A stretch of DNA of 48,115 bases from a virus, in IMG/VR virus record IMGVR_UViG_3300030580_000016. One strand, given 5' to 3'. Positions within the stretch are counted from its first letter, which is position 1, and every line of letters starts with the position of its first letter. A program made the position numbers and the translations under genes. A model generated the notes under the pieces. That model saw only the letters and a list, made by a program, of their open reading frames with translations. It was not told where the DNA came from and searched no databases. Shown here piece by piece: positions 41,592 to 48,115 of this stretch.

Positions 41592-42304
41592 TACAATTCT
41601 CCCAGAGCACTTAGAATATCACTAAACCCGCCAGTGCCACTTGCCGCAGTGTTATTAAGAGCATTTGCGCCGCCACTAACCAATGACGAAATACCACTCC
41701 CAGCACTACCAAGAACATCCCCAAGTGAACTCAAGAATGAACTATCACCACCATGCGCGGAACCCTCACTAGTCAGCGCACTTAGTAATGTCCCTTCCTC
41801 GTTAAGTTCCATACTGGAATCAGTAGCTTGTTCCGAGGTATTAACTTGCGATGCAAAATCTCCTTGCGCTAGTGCGGCGGTACTACTATTAGGACTAATA
41901 CCAGAAGCTGCTTCCTGAGCACTGATATTAGCTGATTGTATTCCTGCCTGCTGCTGTATCTGAGCATTCTCCGCAGTAATAGCCGAATCGGTACTAGTAC
42001 CAAGCCCCGACAGCACACTAGTAATAGCCCCACCAGCAGAGCCATATGTGGCATTAAAATCTCCACCGACTGTGTTAGCTGCGGTCCCGGTAAAATTAAT
42101 CCCATCTGTACCTTGTACTGTGCTTGTAGGCACGCTGCCCGGAGCGGCGTAAGTATTACTACCAGCAACTCCAGCTGATGGTTGCGATGGGTTAGTAATA
42201 GGAATCCCACCATCTACTAACTGCCCATTACTAGCTCCACCCATCCCCGGCATTGGTACTTGTGGCCCCCCGGCAGTTCCAACCGCTGTACTCTGAATAG
42301 CCAT
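41591..42304 (-). CDS. Gly/Ser/Ala/Thr-rich virion protein (237 aa)
   Basis: Single-base overlap with the downstream gene. Composition typical of internal virion proteins. Confidence 0.75.
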   Translation of the reverse strand: MAIQSTAVGTAGGPQVPMPGMGGASNGQLVDGGIPITNPSQPSAGVAGSNTYAAPGSVPTSTVQGTDGINFTGTAANTVGGDFNATYGSAGGAITSVLSGLGTSTDSAITAENAQIQQQAGIQSANISAQEAASGISPNSSTAALAQGDFASQVNTSEQATDSSMELNEEGTLLSALTSEGSAHGGDSSFLSSLGDVLGSAGSGISSLVSGGANALNNTAASGTGGFSDILSALGEL

Positions 42305-43087
42305 TTACCATCTCCTTGTGCCGACTGGTCGGATTTGTTTCATCCCTTGGTTAGATACTGTGTCGTTTTCCATCTGGGAAACGCGGGCGGTTAATAGCCC
42401 AACATCGCCTTTTTTCTTCGGGTCGCCAAATAGTGTATTGCGATAAGCACTAGCGTAGTCCAGCATTCTAAGATTCCCGGCCCCTCTAAGAGCCGCACCG
42501 TATTCAATAAGCTCCCGCCAGTCGTCGTCCAGCAGAATGATATCAGTAAGAGCCGCTGGTTGTGAGAAAGGATGCTGTATCTGATAGCGCATGTATGAGT
42601 AATAAGTATTAATCGGCTGTGGCGCAATGAATACTTGATTCTGATACCGCGACCAGTAAGCGGGAGTTCCTGGAGTACTGAACATAAGTTCTAAGGAATC
42701 TATGCTCTTATATGTAAGTCCAATGCCGGGATTATACTGAGGCACTCCAGCTAACGGCACATTGTAGAACATGAAGAAGCTTGGGATTAACTTCGGGTTC
42801 GAGTTATACTGGTTCTGCGGAGTCGGAATATCTCCAGCATTAACCCAAGTACTGAACGGATACTGAAACTGCCCAGTAGTCATTTGCACCGGAGTGGTAG
42901 TAGTCCGTTGCAGTCCGGTAAAAGGATAACTCTGACTATACTCCAGCACCGTATCCGCAATCCACTGCGCGCCGAGAGTAAGCACATCCCCTCTATTAGA
43001 AAGCTTCGCAGCCACACCACCAATAGGCGGCCCGCTAGTCCAGCCAATCCCCATCAATAAATCCTGCACTGTATACGGATACGCCAT
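42305..43087 (-). CDS. Structural-module protein (260 aa)
   Basis: Compactly arranged in the tail module. No motif recognised. Confidence 0.75.
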   Translation of the reverse strand: MAYPYTVQDLLMGIGWTSGPPIGGVAAKLSNRGDVLTLGAQWIADTVLEYSQSYPFTGLQRTTTTPVQMTTGQFQYPFSTWVNAGDIPTPQNQYNSNPKLIPSFFMFYNVPLAGVPQYNPGIGLTYKSIDSLELMFSTPGTPAYWSRYQNQVFIAPQPINTYYSYMRYQIQHPFSQPAALTDIILLDDDWRELIEYGAALRGAGNLRMLDYASAYRNTLFGDPKKKGDVGLLTARVSQMENDTVSNQGMKQIRPVGTRRW

Positions 43088-43094
43088 AGTTCAC

Positions 43095-43484
43095 CTATAT
43101 TAAGATCCAGATAGTTATATCCGTTGTGTTGTTAGAGGTTTGTAGAGTGATATTAGTCGCTGTAGCTGCTATAGTCCCGTACCAAACATCCGCTGCTGCG
43201 TACTTAGCTATCACTATGAATCCAGTGGGCACCGAATTAAGATTATGCGCTATGGTCAAATTAGCATTAGCCGCTGGCCAACTCGCAGGCAACGCGTTCG
43301 GATTTGCCGTGCTCCCAATCCTAATACAAACCCCGACCATATTATCAGTACTGAAAGTAAGCGGCTGGCCATTAGCATCAAATGTGAGTCCATTTCCCGG
43401 ACTCACATTTCCACTTAGCACCTGATTGAACGACTTATTAAGCTGATCTTGGTCGGAAGAACCAGAAGGTGTGCGTGCTTGCAT
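43095..43484 (-). CDS. Structural-module protein (129 aa)
   Basis: Single-base overlap with the upstream gene. Confidence 0.7.
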   Translation of the reverse strand: MQARTPSGSSDQDQLNKSFNQVLSGNVSPGNGLTFDANGQPLTFSTDNMVGVCIRIGSTANPNALPASWPAANANLTIAHNLNSVPTGFIVIAKYAAADVWYGTIAATATNITLQTSNNTTDITIWILI

Positions 43485-45118
43485 TAGTCGATATCTCCAT
43501 CTGCGTAAGTTCCGCTCATCATGGCTTTGATAATAACGCCTTTGAAGGCAGTAGAAGTAATGCTGAGTTGCGGGTCTTCTCCGGTGTAGATGCCTTGATT
43601 GGAGTAGTAGGTCTTCGGAGTGGTAGTGCCGTCCAGCACGATAGTACCGAAGGCTGTCCCAGAAACACTAAGCGTTAGAGTTCCATTCCCGTATGCTTTT
43701 ACTAGTACTCGACGAATCGTAGGCTCACGCCCGAGTTTAATCTCTTCTTTCCTGAATGTGAGATTCAAAGGCCCGGCGGTATTAGTCGTGGAATCAGTAG
43801 TATTAGCTTTGTACAAGTACGGAGTCATTACTACTGTCACGGGAGTCGCATACTGCACGACCATATAAACAAGTGTCAGAGGATTCGAGAACTGAGCATC
43901 TGCGAATATGGAGGGGTCAAAGTCGAAAGTATTAATCTTCAACTGAGTAACAAGCCCGCCTGTCTGCGAAGTACCATGCTGTGCGTTTACAAGATCATCG
44001 ACATTGTACTTGATGTAACTCCAAATACCGGTTTTCACATCCATCAGCCATACATTAAATACTTGCTGCGAGGCTCCATTCTCAAGTATCGCGCAGACCA
44101 TGTAAAACGGAGTAGGATAGTTCGCATTGAAAGCGTACAGTAATACATTCCCCGCTACTGGCCTAATAAAATCAGCCGAAGTATTCATAGGTTGGAATGA
44201 GTCTAAGATAGCGGTTCTAGCGGAGCCGGAGATATCATTGAATCCCGCTCCGGTACTTATAGAATACACTCCACTATCAGTGACTCCATAACCAATCTGG
44301 CCGTACTGTATTAGGGAGTCCGGGAAAATAATACCCTGCCCTACCTCAGAAGTCCAGAGCACTGTGAAACTAAACGGCCCGATAGCTACTCCAGTAGGAC
44401 TCATTTCCACAAGTCCCTTTTCAGTAACTGCCAGCCCAACACTAGCGAAGGACAAAAATCCAGTAATCTGGTCCTCAATGGCTGCTAGTGTGTTAAAACC
44501 AGCAGTCCTGTTACTAGCTGGATCCCATGTGGTAAATTCCCCCGGCCCGCTCCAATTAACTCGATTCGGCTGCACACCATCTGTATTCTGGTTTACGTTC
44601 ATCTGGAGTAAGTAATCATCAAGCACGCCGAATACTTTACCACCGACATAGTTAGAACCGAGTGCATAAGTAGTACCGTCGAAGGTATAAATACTCTGCC
44701 GAGAATAGACTGCGATATATGCAACTCCATTAACAATCTGCACAGCAGTTGGGATATTTCCAGAACCAGCCCAGGGAGCATCTGAAGTTTGATGCTGTTC
44801 GTTGAATGAGAACGGGCTAATAATAACCTGATACCCATAGATATACCCAAACTGATCCACAGCCCAGAGTGCCCCATTTAACTCAAAGATCTGATAGATT
44901 TGCGAAGTCGGGAGGAATGGGACAAAGGTAAACTTAGTAGGATCAGCTACTAGATTTATCTGACATAGTACATTATCAACCGGCACTACCCCTTGCTGCT
45001 GTACTAATTGATTAGGGGCAATATCCACCGGGTCAGAATCCGAAGCCACCCCGCCCCAAGGCTTTTCGTAATATATCTCGAAATGATTATTAGAAGTCTC
45101 ACGAAGTCCAGAGGGCAT
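43484..45118 (-). CDS. Large structural-module protein (544 aa; tail/nozzle/adaptor candidate)
   Basis: Long ORF between the head-completion-size genes and the internal-protein block. Function inferred from position only. Confidence 0.75.
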   Translation of the reverse strand: MPSGLRETSNNHFEIYYEKPWGGVASDSDPVDIAPNQLVQQQGVVPVDNVLCQINLVADPTKFTFVPFLPTSQIYQIFELNGALWAVDQFGYIYGYQVIISPFSFNEQHQTSDAPWAGSGNIPTAVQIVNGVAYIAVYSRQSIYTFDGTTYALGSNYVGGKVFGVLDDYLLQMNVNQNTDGVQPNRVNWSGPGEFTTWDPASNRTAGFNTLAAIEDQITGFLSFASVGLAVTEKGLVEMSPTGVAIGPFSFTVLWTSEVGQGIIFPDSLIQYGQIGYGVTDSGVYSISTGAGFNDISGSARTAILDSFQPMNTSADFIRPVAGNVLLYAFNANYPTPFYMVCAILENGASQQVFNVWLMDVKTGIWSYIKYNVDDLVNAQHGTSQTGGLVTQLKINTFDFDPSIFADAQFSNPLTLVYMVVQYATPVTVVMTPYLYKANTTDSTTNTAGPLNLTFRKEEIKLGREPTIRRVLVKAYGNGTLTLSVSGTAFGTIVLDGTTTPKTYYSNQGIYTGEDPQLSITSTAFKGVIIKAMMSGTYADGDID

Positions 45119-45126
45119 GGTTTATC

Positions 45127-45399
45127 CTATTTGGTTATGAAGATACTAAGTGTTCCGCTGCCGAGTACAGTTACCGCGAGACCGTTAACCCAACTAAGAG
45201 TCCCAAAGGAGAACATAGGATCAGCGGTATTAGCTAGTGTGTTGATAATCGTATTACCATTCTGATCCAGAATAATAAGCGCAGCACCTGCCGCTGGTTG
45301 ATTCCAAAGAATATCCTTGATATATACTTTCCCATACCAGATAAGAGTAGTACCGGGAGTATCTATGAACCAAGGATTTGCTGTGATGTTATTAGCCAT
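45127..45399 (-). CDS. Structural-module protein (90 aa)
   Basis: Compactly arranged and co-directional. Confidence 0.65.
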   Translation of the reverse strand: MANNITANPWFIDTPGTTLIWYGKVYIKDILWNQPAAGAALIILDQNGNTIINTLANTADPMFSFGTLSWVNGLAVTVLGSGTLSIFITK

Positions 45400-45409
45400 T
45401 TATTACTCC

Positions 45410-45679
45410 CTATATAAAGATATCGTCGTTCTGCCCATCAAGAGTCGGCATTGTTAGTTTCGGATCGGGTTGGAGATCGGGGGCTTCGATGATAATAGCA
45501 AGCGCGTCCGCAATACCCTTGTCGATCTGCCCAATAAGAATCTGGTCATAACAACGCTGGTCTAGTAATTTCCCGCGCTGCCACTGCATGTCTTTTACTG
45601 AGTTGCGAGTCCCGCACCTACCACAGAAGGCCCATGCGCCTTGTTGCCATGTGTGCTCATTAGCTTGTCCACGCGCCAT
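45410..45679 (-). CDS. Structural-module protein with CGRCG zinc-ribbon-like motif (89 aa)
   Basis: Compactly arranged. FCGRCGTRN...QRC. Confidence 0.65.
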   Translation of the reverse strand: MARGQANEHTWQQGAWAFCGRCGTRNSVKDMQWQRGKLLDQRCYDQILIGQIDKGIADALAIIIEAPDLQPDPKLTMPTLDGQNDDIFI

Positions 45680-45681
45680 AA

Positions 45682-46164
45682 TTACTCCTTGCTATAAGTA
45701 CATTCCCCATAAAACTCAGGCATGTGCAAAGGACTTAGATGCAGTGTCTCCGGAGTTATTAATTGCATGTAACCGGGCTGGCAATTGAGCATGTAAATAG
45801 CTCCCTCGTATGCCTTAGAACACACCCACTGACTACAAATCTCCCGGCCTTGTGTATCTAACTTGCGGTTCTTAAACATCAATCCAAGAATATCTAAGTA
45901 ATTATAACCAGTCCCAACATCCTTGAATGCTGAAGCCAAAATAGTATCTATCTGCTTCTGGCTACAAGCAAGTGAGTATCTGCGCTCTCGTGTTGGTACG
46001 CAATAGTCGTATGGTCTATTCTGTATTCCCGTACCAGCATGTGCACCGATCCAGCCAGTTCCAGAATCAATCTCAACATGATCCCAAAGGCTATTAGTAA
46101 CCCAGTTGATCCCAACTGCGATTATGCCTGTACCATTTACATAGCGAATCTTAAATGCACTCAT
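45682..46164 (-). CDS. Permuted papain-fold (NlpC/P60 superfamily, YiiX/C92-like) amidase candidate (160 aa)
   Basis: His-first, Cys-later order: LWDHVEID ... REICSQWVCSKAY, as in circularly permuted NlpC/P60 enzymes. Confidence 0.45.
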   Translation of the reverse strand: MSAFKIRYVNGTGIIAVGINWVTNSLWDHVEIDSGTGWIGAHAGTGIQNRPYDYCVPTRERRYSLACSQKQIDTILASAFKDVGTGYNYLDILGLMFKNRKLDTQGREICSQWVCSKAYEGAIYMLNCQPGYMQLITPETLHLSPLHMPEFYGECTYSKE

Positions 46165-46538
46165 ACTGTCTCCAACAGCACGTCAATAATAGTAGTCGGT
46201 TGGCATCCAACCCACGCACAGACATTAGCTTCGTATGCGCTAGTATCATTATGGTCAGCAGGCGGTGCGTAGCGGCATAGTGCTTGTCGCACGTTTAGTC
46301 CTTTATAACTTGGTGTTTGGAACAAAGCTTTCATAGCTGCAAACCCAGTAGCAGTATCGGGGAAGTAAGCGAATCTCGCAACCTCATTATAACCATCAGG
46401 AATAACTTCTAATCTCGTAGCCCCATGCGCTTGTGCGAATGCTCCCCAGTTAATATCTCCTGGATTATTATTCCTAGTCGCACGACCATTAGGAATCCCA
46501 AATCCTTCTTCTCTCGCAATAGCTTGCAGTAAATTCAT
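46161..46538 (-). CDS. Conserved-looking phage protein with REEGF...NNPGDI motif (125 aa); possible cell-wall-related function
   Basis: GGAGGG RBS. ATGA overlap with the amidase-like gene. I recall the motif pattern from phage proteins but cannot name the family. Confidence 0.6.
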   Translation of the reverse strand: MNLLQAIAREEGFGIPNGRATRNNNPGDINWGAFAQAHGATRLEVIPDGYNEVARFAYFPDTATGFAAMKALFQTPSYKGLNVRQALCRYAPPADHNDTSAYEANVCAWVGCQPTTIIDVLLETV

Positions 46539-46556
46539 AAACCCTCCTATTATAAA

Positions 46557-46624
46557 CCCACTAGGGTTGGGGAGATGGCCGCCCTAGTGGGCCGAGGCTT
46601 GCATTCACCCATCATGCAAGCCTC
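46557..46624 (-). terminator. Two perfect hairpins just downstream of the capsid gene (attenuator/partial terminator)
   Basis: GAGGCTTGCAT/ATGCAAGCCTC (11 bp, 46594-46624) and CCCACTAGGG/CCCTAGTGGG (10 bp, 46557-46591). On the transcribed strand an A/U-rich stretch and the next RBS follow. Confidence 0.5.
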
Positions 46625-46641
46625 TACCTTGTTGCTTAGTA

Positions 46642-47601
46642 CTAGGCGCCGTTGCTGCCCCAAGTACCAAGCCAATCCGTAGCACCCGCAGACATACGCA
46701 TGGTAGTCTTCTGTTTTAGCGCGCCCGTATCGAAATCATCATCGAATTCGTCTTGCGGGTTCTGGCGCATAAATACAGTGAGGTAATGATTCTTCTTATC
46801 CGTGACCATAAACCAAGGCCCGGCGCTGGTGAAATAATGACATACCATGTACGAAAGATCTTCGCCCAAGAGCGAGTTCACGTCATTGGTATCTGTTGCA
46901 GGCTTACCACTTGAAGCGAAGAGTTCACGAGCAAGGAACCGATTTTCAGGAGCAATCAGTACCATCTTCGGCTTCAGGTTAATAGGCAAGCCCTGTGAAT
47001 CTACGAGCCGCTCGAACTGCGTGGTAGCCAACTGCACACCAGTAAAGCTGAGGTCGATATCAGTAGCAGGACGGTTAGGAAAAGTACCGGCGGCGCTAAT
47101 GAGATTTGGAAGAGCCGACCAAGTACTAGTCGCAGAAGGTCCACCAAGCAGAGGATGCTGGTTATTAAACAGAGAAACTCCGTCCGTAGTCGTGACATTG
47201 GCGGAAAACCCCTGATTAAAGATATTAAAAGCAACGATCTCTTTCGTGTAGCGGATCGAGCGCGCGAGAGCTTTAGGAGCCTGATTAATAACCCCGTACT
47301 TCGCATCATCCCACAGTTCCTTGGAAGTACGAACCGCCAAGGCGTAAGTAAGATGAATGTACCGCTTATCGCCACCCTGAATCATGTTAGTATACGCAAC
47401 GGGCGTATTTTCCGGCTTTTCCTGTAGTGGCCCGAAACCAGCCATTTTCAAGTCCTGCTCGTACTCATTCTCCGAGGTTTTTACATTAAAGATCGCCTGA
47501 TGCTCTTCTGCACGCTGTTCCGTGTCAAGTGCATCAACGTATACTTTATGCAACCCCGGAGCCATAAGTTTTGCAAATGCTCCACGTACTTGTGTCGCCA
47601 T
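46642..47601 (-). CDS. Major capsid protein, HK97-fold type (319 aa)
   Basis: Size, position after the scaffold-like and decoration-like genes, the hairpins downstream, and a by-eye resemblance to Mu gpT/lambda gpE-like capsid proteins (..TSENEYEQDLKMAGFGPLQEKPEN..). Confidence 0.7.
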   Translation of the reverse strand: MATQVRGAFAKLMAPGLHKVYVDALDTEQRAEEHQAIFNVKTSENEYEQDLKMAGFGPLQEKPENTPVAYTNMIQGGDKRYIHLTYALAVRTSKELWDDAKYGVINQAPKALARSIRYTKEIVAFNIFNQGFSANVTTTDGVSLFNNQHPLLGGPSATSTWSALPNLISAAGTFPNRPATDIDLSFTGVQLATTQFERLVDSQGLPINLKPKMVLIAPENRFLARELFASSGKPATDTNDVNSLLGEDLSYMVCHYFTSAGPWFMVTDKKNHYLTVFMRQNPQDEFDDDFDTGALKQKTTMRMSAGATDWLGTWGSNGA

Positions 47602-47626
47602 TTTATTATTCCTTTATACGAAGATA

Positions 47627-48115
47627 TTAAGCAGTGAAGATTTGACGAGCAGCCTGTAGAACCTGGAAACGAACGCGAGCGTTGATAATATAAGTACCCG
47701 CCGCACCCGGAACTTGGTCGATAGGGTTAATACCAACCATTACAACTACTGTGTTTGTCCCCGCAGTAGCTTTACCGCCGTCCACATACCACTGGCCGTT
47801 TGCATCAATCGTAAGCCCGAACTGTGTACCAATCTGCGCCTGTGTAGGAGTCCAGTTTGCGGCCACAGTTCCGGTGCTGTTGTCGTAGGTTGCCTCGAAG
47901 ATGTTATTATCAACAGAGCTTTCAAACAGCGCACGGCCATCAGCAATAGGTGCACCGACTGCGATATTAACAGCCGCGGGCTGGAATACTACCGAGCCAT
48001 AAGTCTGAATCGCGCCCGGAGGCCCGATCTGACTAAATGCTCCCGGTGCTCCTGCACCACTAGTACCAAGATTCTGGCTATAGTTAAGAGCAAATCCAGC
48101 AATGGAATTAGTAAG
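47627..48115 (-). CDS. 3' part of the junction-spanning head-module gene (see 1..295)
   Basis: The frame of track ORF 47627..47866 stays open upstream to 48115 (…GSVVFQPAAVNIAVGAPIADGRALFESSVDNNIFEATYDNSTGTVAANW…). It is in phase with the 1..295 segment through the repeat. Confidence 0.7.
   Translation of the reverse strand, partial: LTNSIAGFALNYSQNLGTSGAGAPGAFSQIGPPGAIQTYGSVVFQPAAVNIAVGAPIADGRALFESSVDNNIFEATYDNSTGTVAANWTPTQAQIGTQFGLTIDANGQWYVDGGKATAGTNTVVVMVGINPIDQVPGAAGTYIINARVRFQVLQAARQIFTA
47989..48115. repeat. Terminal direct repeat, copy 2 (identical to 1..127)
   Basis: Base-by-base identity with 1..127. Confidence 0.95.

Noticed and set aside
47989-48115. Treating the 127-bp repeat as a genuine direct terminal repeat of the virion DNA
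   Set aside because: A protein-coding gene crosses it in frame, and the length equals a common assembler k-mer. It cannot be excluded without read data, so it is kept as a low-interest finding.

Overview
All similarity calls below are by-eye motif recognition; no database search was possible. The window looks like one complete tailed-phage genome. Bases 1-127 are repeated exactly at 47989-48115, giving 47,988 bp of unique sequence, and one head gene reads in frame through that junction.

Architecture: there are two arms.
- A plus-strand early/replication arm (8380-28463) holds about 43 mostly small ORFs.
- A minus-strand packaging/virion arm runs 28519-48115 and continues through 1-7778.
- The arms diverge at a ~600-bp control region (7779-8379) and converge on a bidirectional terminator (28462-28503).

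Recognisable minus-arm genes:
- TerS and TerL, portal, a scaffold-like protein and an HK97-type capsid protein
- a block of large low-complexity proteins resembling internal virion proteins
- a beta-helix (pectate-lyase-type) tailspike and a 1239-aa fibre

Recognisable plus-arm genes:
- a family-A DNA polymerase split into two genes (UDG-like + 3'-5' exonuclease, and a separate polymerase gene) with four ORFs between them
- a P-loop helicase-like protein, a Cas4-like PD-(D/E)XK nuclease, an AAA_24-type ATPase and a DUF669-like SSB
- a soluble FtsK-like ATPase, a vWA protein and an HNH endonuclease
- a J-domain protein and a GroES-like protein with a DnaJ-type zinc finger

I found no tRNA, rRNA, CRISPR array, integrase, transposase, phage RNA polymerase, primase, tail sheath or tape measure. 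Near-consensus sigma70-type promoters and strong Shine-Dalgarno sites suggest a lytic, podovirus-like phage that depends on host RNA polymerase.

Most unusual observations:
1. A PurD-fold ATP-grasp ligase with a degenerate substrate site, preceded by a 41-aa Lys/Ser/Thr-rich micro-ORF, sits inside the tail operon.
2. The two terminal fibre/tailspike genes both start with Sec-type signal peptides and share Cys-paired N- and C-terminal domains.
3. The phage encodes a chaperone-related pair: a J-domain protein and a zinc-finger GroES.
4. A 450-bp non-coding region has the layout of a replication origin, with clustered GATC/TCGATC sites around an AT-rich core.
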